Source: an uncultured Acidobacteriota bacterium (lineage in GTDB: Bacteria > Acidobacteriota > Thermoanaerobaculia > Multivoradales > SZUA-115). Taken from it: a stretch of 64,000 nt of DNA. The DNA lies in contig CAWDVR010000002.1 in assembly GCA_963805975.1 (NCBI GenBank), positions 672,001 to 736,000 of the forward strand, read 5' to 3'. This document shows, piece after piece, positions 21,410-31,461 of this stretch; position 1 is the stretch's first letter; the number at the start of each line of letters is the position of its first letter. A program made the translations under genes and the position numbers. The notes beneath the pieces were generated by a model. That model searched no databases and was not told where the DNA came from. It worked only from the letters and a program-made list of their open reading frames with translations.

Positions 21410-23599
21410 GTGAGTGAAGCCCTCCGCACGACCGATTTGAGGCTGGCCGAGCCACCGCCCGCGGTTCCCGAGCCGCCCGCCGTCGGGCTGGACGACCCGG
21501 CGCTCGACGACCCGGGCCTCTACTTCAACCGCGAGCTCTCCTGGCTCAAGTTCAACGAGCGGGTGCTCGAAGAGGCTCTCGACGAGAAGAACCCCCTGCT
21601 CGAGCGGGTGAACTTCCTGTCGATCTTCGGCAGCAACCTCGACGAGTTCTTCATGATCCGCGTCTCCGGCCTCAGGCGCCAGATGGCGACCGGAGTGGTC
21701 GGCGCGCCGCCGGACGGCATGACCCCCACCGAGCAGCTCGCCGCCATCCGCCAGCAGCTCATGCCGGTGCTCGAGACCAGCAGCCAGTGCTGGAAGAGCG
21801 ACCTCGAGCCCAAGCTGCGCGAGGCCGGGATCAAGATCTTCTCCTACGACCAGCTCAAGGGCCGCCAGCGCCGGTTGCTCCGGCTCCATTTCAAGTCCGA
21901 GATCTTCCCCGTGCTGACTCCTCTGGCCTTCGACCCGGGGCACCCGTTCCCCCACATCTCCAACCTGTCGATGAACCTCGCGGTGGTGGTGCAGGACCCG
22001 GTCGAGGGCGAGAAGTTCGCGCGTCTCAGGGTGCCGCAGACGGTACCGCGCCTGCTGCGCATCCCGGAGGAGGAGAAAGCCGACTCCTACGAGAAGCTGG
22101 GCCTGGCGGCGGTCAAGACGCCCTACTTCATCTGGGTCGAGGAGGTGATCGCCGCCAACCTCGATCTGCTCTTCCCGGGCCTCTCGGTGATCGCGGCCCA
22201 TCCCTTCCGCGTCACTCGGGACGCCGACCTCGAGATCGAGGAGGACGAGGCGAGCGACCTCCTGAAGGCGATGTCGGACGTCGTGGGGCAACGCCACTTC
22301 GGCTCGGCGGTGCGGCTCGAGATCGACGAGACCATGCCGCCCAGGATCCGCGACATCCTGACCCGCAACCTCGAGCTGGCGCCGTTCCAGGTCTTCATCA
22401 CCGCCAAGCCGATCGGCCTGGCCGACCTCTCGCAGCTCACCGGCATCGAGCGCCCGGCGCTCAAATACCCGCCGTTCCTGCCCCAGGTGCCGCCGGGCCT
22501 GGGCAGCGAGGACGACGTCTTCGCCACCTTGAAGCGGCGCGGCAACGTCCTCCTCTACCATCCGTACGACAGCTTCTCGCCGGTCGTCACCCTGCTCCAG
22601 CAGGCGGCCCGCGACCCCAACGTGCTGGCCATCAAGCAGACGCTCTACCGCGTGGGGCCCAACTCGCCGATCGTCAAGGCGCTGATGGAAGCGCGGGAGA
22701 ACGGCAAGCAGGTGTCGGCGCTGGTCGAGCTCAAGGCCCGCTTCGACGAAGAGAACAACATCGTCTGGGCGCGGGCCCTGGAACGCGCCGGCGTGCACGT
22801 GGTCTACGGCGTGATGGGGCTCAAGACCCACGCCAAGATCTGCCTGGTGGTGCGCCGCGAGCCCGGGGGGCTCCAGCGCTACGTGCATCTTTCGACCGGC
22901 AACTACAACCCGGCGACCTCCCGGATCTACACCGACTTCGGCTACTTCACCTGCGACCCCGGCGTGGCCGACGACGTCTCCGACCTGTTCAACGCGCTCA
23001 CCGGCTACTCACGGAAATCCGAGTACGGCAAGCTCCTGGTGGCGCCCTGGCAGATGCGCGAGGGCATTCTGGCCCGCATCGAGCGCGAGATCGCCGAGCA
23101 CCGGGCCCACGGCGGCGGCGTCATCGCCTTCAAGATGAACGCCCTGGTGGACCGCGCCTGCATCCAGGCTCTCTACCGGGCCTCGCAGGCCGGGGTGAAG
23201 ATCGAGCTCCAGGTGCGGGGGATCTGCTGCCTGCGGCCCGGCGTGCCGGGAGTCTCGGAGAACATCCGGGTGACCTCGATCGTCGGCCGCTTCCTCGAGC
23301 ACAGCCGCGTCTTCTACTTCCGGAACGGCGGCAAGGAGGAGGTCTTCGCCGGCAGTGCCGACCTGATGCCACGCAATCTCGTGGGCCGCGTGGAAGTGCT
23401 GTTCCCGGTCGAGGACCCGCGCCTGCGCTCGGCGCTGGTGGACGGCATTCTCCCCCTGCACCTCGCCGACACCAAGAAGGCGCGCCTCATCCTGCCGGAC
23501 GGCGCCAACTCCCGGGTGACCCCGGCCGAGGGCGAGCCGCCCATGAGCTCGCAGGACTGGCTGCTCGAGCGCGGCGGCGGTTGGCGGGCCGAGGAATAG
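21410..23599 (+). CDS. ppk1: Polyphosphate kinase 1
   Basis: NRELSWL, ELKARFDE, KTHAK, GRFLEHSR. Confidence 0.97.
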   Translation: MSEALRTTDLRLAEPPPAVPEPPAVGLDDPALDDPGLYFNRELSWLKFNERVLEEALDEKNPLLERVNFLSIFGSNLDEFFMIRVSGLRRQMATGVVGAPPDGMTPTEQLAAIRQQLMPVLETSSQCWKSDLEPKLREAGIKIFSYDQLKGRQRRLLRLHFKSEIFPVLTPLAFDPGHPFPHISNLSMNLAVVVQDPVEGEKFARLRVPQTVPRLLRIPEEEKADSYEKLGLAAVKTPYFIWVEEVIAANLDLLFPGLSVIAAHPFRVTRDADLEIEEDEASDLLKAMSDVVGQRHFGSAVRLEIDETMPPRIRDILTRNLELAPFQVFITAKPIGLADLSQLTGIERPALKYPPFLPQVPPGLGSEDDVFATLKRRGNVLLYHPYDSFSPVVTLLQQAARDPNVLAIKQTLYRVGPNSPIVKALMEARENGKQVSALVELKARFDEENNIVWARALERAGVHVVYGVMGLKTHAKICLVVRREPGGLQRYVHLSTGNYNPATSRIYTDFGYFTCDPGVADDVSDLFNALTGYSRKSEYGKLLVAPWQMREGILARIEREIAEHRAHGGGVIAFKMNALVDRACIQALYRASQAGVKIELQVRGICCLRPGVPGVSENIRVTSIVGRFLEHSRVFYFRNGGKEEVFAGSADLMPRNLVGRVEVLFPVEDPRLRSALVDGILPLHLADTKKARLILPDGANSRVTPAEGEPPMSSQDWLLERGGGWRAEE

Positions 23600-23606
23600 G
23601 CTCTCT

Positions 23607-24867
23607 GTGCGGTCGGGGCCGGCCTGGGAGCCTCTGAAAAAGCTGCTCTTCCGCTTCGCTTTCGTGTATTGGTTCCTGTACTGCTTTCCGTTCCCTCTTT
23701 CCTACATCCCCGACGTCTACACGTGGCACTTGCGGCTGTGGAACGCGCTCGTGCCCTCGGTCGCGAAGCATGTCTTCGGCGTGGGCACCACCTCCTATGG
23801 CGGCGGAGACTCGACCTACGCCTTCGTCCAGATCTTCTGCTGCCTGGTGATCTCCATCGCGGCCGCGCTGATCTGGACCCTCCTGGACCGGAAGCGGAGC
23901 AACTACGCGCGGCTCTACGAGTGGCTGAGGGTCTACGTCCGCTTCATGCTCGCCGTGACCATCATCGAGTACGCGTCCTGGAAGGTCGTTCCAACGCAGT
24001 TCCCCGCACCGACGACGGACCGCCTGATGCAGCCCTTCGGGGACGCCTCGCCCATGGGGCTGCTGTGGACGTTCATGGGCGCGTCCGTGCCCTACACCGT
24101 CTTCGCCGGCCTGAGCGAGCTGGTCGGCGGGCTGCTCCTGACCGTCCGCCGGACCACCCTGCTCGGCGCACTGGTCACGATCGGCGTCATGAGCAACGTC
24201 GTGATGCTCAACTTCAGCTATGACGTGCCGATCAAGCTCTTCTCCACGCACCTGCTGCTGATGGCGGTCTTCCTGGCGGCTCACGACCTGCGGCGCCTCG
24301 CCAACCTGCTCGTGCTCAACCGCCCGACCGAGCCCGAGGAGGTCCGCCCACTCTTCCGGAGGAGATGGCTCGCCCGCACCGCGACGGGCTTCACGGCCGT
24401 GCTTCATCCTCTTCATGACCGGCATGCTGCTGCACAAGTCCTACCGGGACTTCGAGCAGTACGGCAGCGAGGCGGCGGCCAAGTCGCCGTTCTATGGGAT
24501 GTGGAACGTCGAGGAGCTCGTGGTCGACGGCGAGGTCAGGCCGCCGTGGGTCACGGACGAGACGCGATGGCGGCGGATGTTTTTCAACACGCTCGACCGG
24601 TGCACGATCCAGCTCATGAGCGACTCGCGCGAGCGCTACGACCTCGAGCACGACGAGACGAAGAGGACGCTGGTCCTCAGCAAGCGCACCGACCCCGACT
24701 GGAAGACAACTCTCGTCTACAGCTTGTTGCAGCCGGACGTTCTCTACGTGGAGGGGTCGTTCGACGGGCAGAACGTCCGAGCGCGGCTCCGTCGGACCGA
24801 GCCTCCCGAGTTCCTGCTCGTCACCCGCGGCTTCCACCTGATCAACGATCGCCCGCTCAACCGCTGA
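23607..24867 (+). pseudogene. DoxX-like integral membrane protein, frameshifted near 24402
   Basis: SPMGLLWTFMG, NFSYDVPIK; continues in another frame (FILFMTG...RGFHLINDRPLNR) after about 24402. Confidence 0.75.
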
Positions 24868-24969
24868 GAACCCCCGACTCAAGGCTGCCTCACCGTCGCA
24901 AAGAGGCTTCGACTTGGTGATCGGCTCGGCAGCGAAGGGTGACCCGCTAGCCGTACTCTCGTCGCCGCG

Positions 24970-24997
24970 TTGACTCCTATTGAAGCAGGCGTAAAAT
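24970..24997 (+). promoter_or_regulatory. Sigma70-like promoter for SLATT gene
   Basis: TTGACT-16nt-TAAAAT. Confidence 0.6.
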
Positions 24998-25059
24998 GCT
25001 GCCAACTACTGACATCCGAAAGCGCTTCGAGTGGGCAGCGCCCAACAAGGGGACTTCTC

Positions 25060-25593
25060 ATGGCTGACGAAAAGCGCGTGTTTACCCCTCCTGGGACGGA
25101 CCAGCTTCTCACCGGCTGGCTCATTCATTCCCACAAGGCCCGGGACAGGCATGACGAGGCAGCCCGCAGATATGCGAAGGGGCAATTTGCCTTGGGAATT
25201 CCTTCACTCATTGTTTCTACTGTCGTTGGAACGTCAGTCTTTGCGGCACTGTCCTCCAAGGAGGTTCCACCGCTGTGGGTAGGCCTGCTGAGCATCCTTG
25301 CTGCCGTGTTAGCAGCGCTGCAAACGTTTATGGACTTCGGAGGTCGATCCGACAAACATCGGAACGCAGCTGTCAAGTACAAGTCGTCCATCCGCCTGCT
25401 CGAGGAATCAATAGTTCAACAGAAGCAGGGGACAGCACTTACCAAAGAAGAGATCGCGGCCATAAGAACAGCGCTGGACAGCCTGGAAGAAACTGCTCCT
25501 GTGGTCATGCCAAGGATCTATGTCAACGTGGAGAAAAAATATCAAGACATGAAGTATGTTTCCGAAGCGATTGGTCTATACAGCAAGCAGTAG
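25060..25593 (+). CDS. SLATT-domain 2TM protein
   Basis: H..AARRY..LGIPS.IVS..VGT, second TM LAAVLAALQTF, H..AA..Y; visibly lower GC than flanks. Confidence 0.8.
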   Translation: MADEKRVFTPPGTDQLLTGWLIHSHKARDRHDEAARRYAKGQFALGIPSLIVSTVVGTSVFAALSSKEVPPLWVGLLSILAAVLAALQTFMDFGGRSDKHRNAAVKYKSSIRLLEESIVQQKQGTALTKEEIAAIRTALDSLEETAPVVMPRIYVNVEKKYQDMKYVSEAIGLYSKQ

Positions 25594-25654
25594 GTATCTC
25601 CTTGATGCGACGGCGCACGTTGGCGCGCTGTCCGCGGTTCGGCACTGAGAGGTC

Positions 25655-26395
25655 TCACACCTTCCGCTTCACTTCCTTCCACAGGCTCTCATACGCCTGC
25701 CCCGCGACGCTCGAGGGCGCGTAGGCCGTGATCGGCTGCTGGCGCAGGCCCATCCCTTCGACCAGGCTCGAGTACGGGACCTGGGTCTTGAGCAGCGGGT
25801 AGGGAGACTGCTTCACGAGCCATTGCGGCTCCCGGTGCATGAGCTTGCGCCGGTCGACCAGCGAGAGGAAGGGGAGCACCTTGAGGTCCCTGGGGCCCTT
25901 CTCGTCGAGGTGCTGGTGGAGCTGCTGCAGGGCGCGCAGGGAGAGCGGCGTGGGGATGGTGGGCACGATCAGCGCGTCGGCGAGCGCGAACAGCGACTCC
26001 GAGAGCACCGAGAGGCTCGGCGGGCAGTCGAGGAAGAGGTAGTCGTAGGTTTCGACCAGCGGCCCGATGAGGCGCGCGAGCTGCTGGCTCGGCCGCTTGG
26101 TCTCGGCGAGCGCCAGATCCAGCTTGCGGTAGGAGAAGTCGGCCGGCAGGAGGTCCAAACCCTCGAAGTCGGTGCCGCGTACCAGATCGTCGAGCTCCTT
26201 CTTGCCTTCGATCAGCTTGCGGCCACCGCCCGGGACCTTGGGCTCGACGCGGAAATAGAAAGAGGCGGCGCCCTGCGGGTCGAGGTCCCAGAGCAGCGTG
26301 CGCCCGCCGGCGCGGGCCGCGAGATAGGCCAGGTTCACTGCCGTCGCGGTTTTGCCGACCCCACCTTTGATGTTGTAAGCCGCAAGCACTTTCAT
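25655..26395 (-). CDS. ParA/Soj family ATPase (orphan)
   Basis: KGGVGKT, DLDPQG, DCPPS. Confidence 0.9.
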   Translation of the reverse strand: MKVLAAYNIKGGVGKTATAVNLAYLAARAGGRTLLWDLDPQGAASFYFRVEPKVPGGGRKLIEGKKELDDLVRGTDFEGLDLLPADFSYRKLDLALAETKRPSQQLARLIGPLVETYDYLFLDCPPSLSVLSESLFALADALIVPTIPTPLSLRALQQLHQHLDEKGPRDLKVLPFLSLVDRRKLMHREPQWLVKQSPYPLLKTQVPYSSLVEGMGLRQQPITAYAPSSVAGQAYESLWKEVKRKV

Positions 26396-28044
26396 GGCGA
26401 CACCTCGATGTCAGAGGAGGGGGGGCTGAAGAGACGACGGACCCGCTCCTGGTTGTCCCGCCGGAGAAACGCTCGCAAGGCACCGGCAAACCGCTCTCCC
26501 TCGCGGGCGCGGTGCTCGTCCAGTCGTGCGACCACATACCCGGTGGCGGCGAGCGCCGACGTACCCACCTCGACCGCTGCCCGGCGCAGGGCCTGCTCCT
26601 GATTCACCAGGTCGTTCAAGCTCCCCAGCACGTTCTGAAGACCCTTCAGCGCCTCCAGCAGCCGGTCGATCTCCGCTCGAGGAAAGAGAGAACGGAAGAA
26701 CTCCAACAGATACCGCAATTTCTTGCAAGCGATCCGCAGGGCGTGGAGGGCCGCCGGCTCAGGGTCGGGCCCCAGGGCCTCGGCGCGCTCGACCACCCGC
26801 CGGGCGGCTTTGCCGAGGCGCTCGGAGGCGACTTCGCGAATCGGCCGGCGGGCCGCGGCAGGCTGCCGCGAGGCCTGGGCGCGGCGCTCGAGAAAACCGT
26901 CCAATGCTTCCATCGTCTGCTGGTAACGACTGGAAGCAAAGGACTTGACGATCTCTTTCTGCGCCTCCCGTGCCGCCTGGACAAGCTGTGCCTCGACCGG
27001 CACAAAGCCCTCCCGGACCCAGGACGGCAGGGGATCGAGGAGGTCCGGCAGGCTCTCGAGAAGGACGTCCAGGTCCCGCTTGGGGCCGGTCTGCTGCCCG
27101 AGCCAGGCGAGCTCGGAGCGGAGTGCCTCCACCTCGCGCCGGGGGAACAGGCCCCGGAGCTGGCCCAGGGCGGACCGCAGCCGCCGCAAGGCCACGCGGT
27201 AGTCGTGCAGGAACTCGCGATCGAGCTCCGCCACCACGCCCTGCTCGTTGGCGCGGAGGGTGGCACGGAGCGGGCGCAGGATGGCGAGGGCCGCGGCGCC
27301 GGCGGCCTCCTCGGGATCGAGATCGAGGCCAGGCTTCAGGGAACGCCGGTCGAGCCAGGAACCGGCGGCGGTCAGCGCGTCGGCCAGCTCGTCCTCGAGC
27401 GCCTCGGCGGGCCGGCCCAGCCGGACTTCGAGAGCCTCCACCACCGGGTGGCAGGCAGCGGCATAGCCGCGCAGCGGCTCGATGCGCAGGCGCCGCTGCA
27501 GATCCCTGGAACCCAGCGCTCCGCTCGGCACCACCCGGCGATCGACCAGCGTGAGGTAGCCGATCTTCTTGGCAGGTCGAAGCCGTGTGCTCAGAAGCTT
27601 CGAGGCGAGGCTTGAGGTTCGGGATCTCCTGCCGCCGGCAGAAGCTGCCGGTCCCGAGGCCGGGGCCTGGTACAGCGGCCGGATCTCGAGACGCTTCTCG
27701 ATGGTCACCGCCGGTAGCAGCCGGCGGGCTCCTATCGTCTCGGCCACCACGTCCCGCAGGCGGCCCGCGGGCAGGTTGGCGGCGAAGTCCAGCGTCTCGG
27801 GAAGCGGCAGCTTTCCCCGCAACTGGCCCGCCAGCGTCAGGAGCTGGAGCTCCCGCCGGCCCTCTGAAACCAGGCCACGCAGGCAGAGACCTTCCTGCCA
27901 CAGAAGGCCGTCGAAGGTGTCGTAGAGGGTGAGGTGAGCGCTACCGCTGCGCCGCCGGCCGAGCGGCAGCCCTTCGATGAGCGCGAGCCAGCCTTCACCC
28001 GCGGCCCGCTCGGCGGGAAGTGGAAAGGAGAAGACACCATGCAT
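26392..28044 (-). CDS. CHAD-domain protein with CYTH-like N-terminal region
   Basis: YDTFD; LHDYRVALRRLRS, RDLDV, LHALRIACKKLRY, LQ..LG..ND; start uncertain (28044 or 28071). Confidence 0.88.
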   Translation of the reverse strand: MHGVFSFPLPAERAAGEGWLALIEGLPLGRRRSGSAHLTLYDTFDGLLWQEGLCLRGLVSEGRRELQLLTLAGQLRGKLPLPETLDFAANLPAGRLRDVVAETIGARRLLPAVTIEKRLEIRPLYQAPASGPAASAGGRRSRTSSLASKLLSTRLRPAKKIGYLTLVDRRVVPSGALGSRDLQRRLRIEPLRGYAAACHPVVEALEVRLGRPAEALEDELADALTAAGSWLDRRSLKPGLDLDPEEAAGAAALAILRPLRATLRANEQGVVAELDREFLHDYRVALRRLRSALGQLRGLFPRREVEALRSELAWLGQQTGPKRDLDVLLESLPDLLDPLPSWVREGFVPVEAQLVQAAREAQKEIVKSFASSRYQQTMEALDGFLERRAQASRQPAAARRPIREVASERLGKAARRVVERAEALGPDPEPAALHALRIACKKLRYLLEFFRSLFPRAEIDRLLEALKGLQNVLGSLNDLVNQEQALRRAAVEVGTSALAATGYVVARLDEHRAREGERFAGALRAFLRRDNQERVRRLFSPPSSDIEVSP

Positions 28045-28135
28045 GGGAGGGGAGGTCCGATCCGGCAGCATCCTACCCGAACGACAGCAAGGAGCCTGCC
28101 CGAGGGGCGCAGGCCCGCATGCTAGATTGCGCGCC

Positions 28136-28543
28136 GTGGCCGAGCCGACCCTCGACTGGGAGCCCCTGGTGGCCGCCGCCCGGGCGGTTCGCGAGCATGC
28201 CTACGCTCCGTTCAGCCGCTTCCGGGTGGGGGCCGCGCTGCTCGCCGAAGACGGCCGGATCTACGCCGGCTGCAATGTCGAGAACCGCACCTTCGGGCTC
28301 ACGGTCTGTGCCGAGCGCTCGGCCGTCCTGCAGGCGGTGGCCGCGGGCGCCGGCCGGCCCCTCGCGCTCGCCGTGATCGCCGACGCCAACCCCAAGGCCC
28401 CGCCCTGCGGCATGTGCCGCGAGACGCTGGTCGAGTTCACGCCGGACCTGCCGATCCTGCTGGTGGACGTGGAGGGTGGGCGCGAGGAGATCCGCCTGGC
28501 GGAGATCTTTCCGCGGCCGTTCGTGTTCCCGGAGATTCCCTAG
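28136..28543 (+). CDS. cdd: Cytidine deaminase
   Basis: AYAPFSRF.VGA, CAERSA, PCGMCR. Confidence 0.92.
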   Translation: MAEPTLDWEPLVAAARAVREHAYAPFSRFRVGAALLAEDGRIYAGCNVENRTFGLTVCAERSAVLQAVAAGAGRPLALAVIADANPKAPPCGMCRETLVEFTPDLPILLVDVEGGREEIRLAEIFPRPFVFPEIP

Positions 28544-28953
28544 TAGGGCATGTCCTCTTCTTCCATCCCGAAGTAGTGCCCCAGCTCGTGGAGGACCGTT
28601 TTCGCCACCTCCTCCACTACCTCGCGCCGGCTCTCGCAGGCCCGCAGGATGGGCCCCGAATAGATGACGATGCGGTCCGGCATGGCCTGGTAGAAGGTGT
28701 CGCGCTCGGTCTGCGGCACCCCGAAGTAGAGGCCGAAGAGCTCGCCGCGCTCGGGATCGTCCGGGTCGTCGTCCGGAAGCGTGGCCAGATCCTCCTCGGT
28801 GGGCTCCTCCTCCACCGTCACCACCACGTTGTCCAGCAGCTCCGCGAACTGCTCGGGCAGGGAATCGAGGGCCTTCTCGACCAGCGCCTCGAACTCCTCG
28901 GGCGCCAGGCGCAGGTGCGGGCGGCGTGAGGAGCGCGGGTAGCGGGAGCTCAT
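28540..28953 (-). CDS. Zincin_1 minimal metallopeptidase (DUF1025)
   Basis: LFGLY.G, PDRI.IY, TVLHELGHYFG. Confidence 0.9.
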   Translation of the reverse strand: MSSRYPRSSRRPHLRLAPEEFEALVEKALDSLPEQFAELLDNVVVTVEEEPTEEDLATLPDDDPDDPERGELFGLYFGVPQTERDTFYQAMPDRIVIYSGPILRACESRREVVEEVAKTVLHELGHYFGMEEEDMPY

Positions 28954-29011
28954 GGCCGGGATCTTAGCCGAGGGAGCTCCGCGCTCCGTGGCCGGGTAGA
29001 CTCTGCGTACC

Positions 29012-29419
29012 ATGAGCGAGCCCCGCCCGTCCGCCGCTCCCCACGCTTCCGTCCGCCTCGACAAGTGGCTGCAGGTGGCCCGCGCCTTCAAGACTCGCAC
29101 CCAGGCGACGGACGCCTGCTCGCTCGGCCGGGTGAGGGTGAACGGCAGCGTGGCCAAGCCGCACCGGGCGGTCGCTCTCGAAGACGTGATCGAGGTCGAG
29201 CAGCGCGAGTGGACACGCGTGCTGGTGGTCAAGAGGCTCGCCGATCGGCCGTTGCGCAAAGAGGAGGCGAAGCTGCTGTTCGAGGACCAGAGCCCGCCCC
29301 GCCCCGAGCTCGACCCCCTCGAGCGCCTCCTGCGCCGCGCGCCCGTGCGGCGCGAGCCCGGAGCCGGAAGGCCGACCAAGCGGGACCGGCGTGAGATCGA
29401 GAAGCTAACCGGCGAGTGA
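29012..29419 (+). CDS. hslR: S4 RNA-binding heat shock protein Hsp15
   Basis: VRLDKWL..AR.FKTR, GRPTKRDRR. Confidence 0.9.
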   Translation: MSEPRPSAAPHASVRLDKWLQVARAFKTRTQATDACSLGRVRVNGSVAKPHRAVALEDVIEVEQREWTRVLVVKRLADRPLRKEEAKLLFEDQSPPRPELDPLERLLRRAPVRREPGAGRPTKRDRREIEKLTGE

Positions 29420-29434
29420 GCTACTCTTGCGGTC

Positions 29435-29827
29435 ATGAGCGAGGCGATGCTCGAAGCCGCAAGGGCCCTGGCTGCCGACCCGCGGGTCCTCGCGGTCTAT
29501 GCGTTCGGATCCCAGGCCCGCGGCGTTGCACGACCTCACAGCGACCTCGATCTGGCCGTCCTTCTCGATCGGTCTGTCAGCCTGCGCGAGGAGCTGGCAC
29601 TGCGCGCCGAGGTCGTGGACGCTCTCCATCGCGACGACATCGACCTGGTGGTCCTGAACCTCGCTCCACCGCTGCTGCGCTACGAGGTGATCTCGGCAGG
29701 CTCGCGGCTCTACTGCCGATCCGCCCTGGAGGCCGATCACTTCGAGGAGAAGTCTCTGCGCGAGTATCTCGACACCGCTCACCTGCGCCGCGTCCAACAG
29801 GATCTCGCCCGACAGGCCGCAGCATGA
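29435..29827 (+). CDS. mntA: MNT antitoxin (type VII TA)
   Basis: FGSQARG....SDLDLAV (GSx10DxD). Confidence 0.88.
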   Translation: MSEAMLEAARALAADPRVLAVYAFGSQARGVARPHSDLDLAVLLDRSVSLREELALRAEVVDALHRDDIDLVVLNLAPPLLRYEVISAGSRLYCRSALEADHFEEKSLREYLDTAHLRRVQQDLARQAAA

Positions 29828-30261
29828 CCTTGCGACCGGCGGTGGTGCGCGAGCGGCTCCGTAAGCTGCGGGAGGTGGTGCGCAATCTCGAGAGCCTTCA
29901 GAGCATCGAGCGCGCCGATTTCACCGTCTCTTTTCGCCACTACTGGCTGGCCGAACGCGGCCTGCAGCTCGCCGCCGAGTGCCTGCTCGATATCGGCAAC
30001 CATATTCTCGCGGGACAGTTCAACGTCCACCCGAGCGACTACGAGGACGTGGTTCGCAAGCTGGCCGAGCATCGGGTCGTGTCCGAGGAGCTGCGGCAGG
30101 ATCTGCGCGGCCTGGGCGGCTTCCGCAACCTCCTCGTCCACGAGTACCAGGACATCGACCTCGACCGAGTGTACGACTACCTGCAAACCGGCCTTGGGAG
30201 CTTCAAGGCTTTCGCCGAGGAGATCGAGGCTTTCCTGGAGCGCTCGCCAGACAGCGATTAG
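29824..30261 (+). CDS. hepT: HEPN/DUF86 RNase toxin
   Basis: GFRNLLVHEY (Rx4HxY); ATGA overlap with mntA. Confidence 0.9.
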   Translation: MTLRPAVVRERLRKLREVVRNLESLQSIERADFTVSFRHYWLAERGLQLAAECLLDIGNHILAGQFNVHPSDYEDVVRKLAEHRVVSEELRQDLRGLGGFRNLLVHEYQDIDLDRVYDYLQTGLGSFKAFAEEIEAFLERSPDSD

Positions 30262-31447
30262 CCGTCGGTCTTCGGTATGGCCGCCTCGCCCGACGAAGCA
30301 ACTGCCGCCCCGGCCGCGGCCCATCCCCCCGGTACACCGCCGAGCTCTTGTAGGCAGCCAGCCAGTGGCGGGCGAAGACCTGGATGGCCGCCGCGGTGGG
30401 CACGGCGACCAGCATGCCGATGAAGCCGAAGAGGCTGCCGCCGGCGATCACCGCGAGCAGCACCCACACCGGATGGAGGTTGACGTTCTTGCCCAGGATG
30501 CGCGGCGAGAGCACCGTGCCTTCGAGGAACTGGGCACCGGCGAAGACCGCCGCCACCGCCGCCAGGCGGCCGAGGCTCTGGTGCTCCACCCAGCAGAGGA
30601 GGAGCGCCGGCGTCAGGCCCACCACCAGCGCCATGTAGGGAATCATGTTGGCGAGGCCGGCCACGATACCGATCACGATCCCCATCGGCACGCCGATCAC
30701 CATCATGCCGGTGGCGTTGATGGCGGCCAGGATGAGCGCGATGGTGAGCTGGCCGCGCAGGAAGCCGGCGACCGCGCCGTCCACCTCCTGCGCCCGCTCG
30801 AGAACGGTCGGGCGGTAGGGGATCGGAACCAGATCCACGGCGGCGCGCTTGATCTTCGGGAAGTCCACCAGCAGATAGAAGGCGAAAACCGGCACGAAGA
30901 TCAGGTTGAGCAGCACCAGCAGGAAGCGCAGCGCGTTACCCGCCAGCGCGCCCAGCATCTTGCCCGCCCGGCCGGCGACGTCGGGAAGGTTCTCGGAGAG
31001 CGAGCTCCGCAGGCGTTGCTCGAGGCTTCCCATCTCCTCCGGAAACTGCTGCTGGAGGGTGGCGATCCAGGGCGCGAACTTTGCCTCCAACTGCGTCCGG
31101 TACTGCGGGAGGCGGCTGCCCAGGCTCTTCACCTGCTCACCGATCGCCGGCACCAGGTACATGAAGAACGCCGCCAGGAAGAGCAGCAGGATGGCCATCA
31201 CCGCCACCACGCCCAGCGAGCGGGAGAGGCCTCGCCGCTCGAACCAGGTCACCAGAGGGTCGAAGAGGTAGGCGATCGCGAGGCCCATCAGGAGCGGGGC
31301 GAAGATCTCGTCGAAGACGATCACCAGCACCAGGAGCAGCGTCAACGCGCCGAAGAAAACCAGCAGCCGCAGCCAGGCGGGGTCGATGCGGGCCAGCCAG
31401 CGCGGGGGTGGCGGGGTGGGTGGGGAGACAGTGCGGGCGACGGGCAT
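30203..31447 (-). CDS. AI-2E family transporter (true stop probably 30258 if an indel near 30320 is corrected)
   Basis: AYLFDPLV, FLRGQL, IPY, LHPVWVL..G..FG.IGML.AVP. Confidence 0.9.
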   Translation of the reverse strand: MPVARTVSPPTPPPPRWLARIDPAWLRLLVFFGALTLLLVLVIVFDEIFAPLLMGLAIAYLFDPLVTWFERRGLSRSLGVVAVMAILLLFLAAFFMYLVPAIGEQVKSLGSRLPQYRTQLEAKFAPWIATLQQQFPEEMGSLEQRLRSSLSENLPDVAGRAGKMLGALAGNALRFLLVLLNLIFVPVFAFYLLVDFPKIKRAAVDLVPIPYRPTVLERAQEVDGAVAGFLRGQLTIALILAAINATGMMVIGVPMGIVIGIVAGLANMIPYMALVVGLTPALLLCWVEHQSLGRLAAVAAVFAGAQFLEGTVLSPRILGKNVNLHPVWVLLAVIAGGSLFGFIGMLVAVPTAAAIQVFARHWLAAYKSSAVYRGDGPRPGRQLLRRARRPYRRPTANRCLASAPGKPRSPRRKP

Positions 31448-31461
31448 GGGAGGGACCGATC

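Noticed and set aside
24898-24973. Possible eroded PIN-toxin fragment (RGFDLVIGSAA...)
   Set aside because: Too short and degenerate to support without a search.
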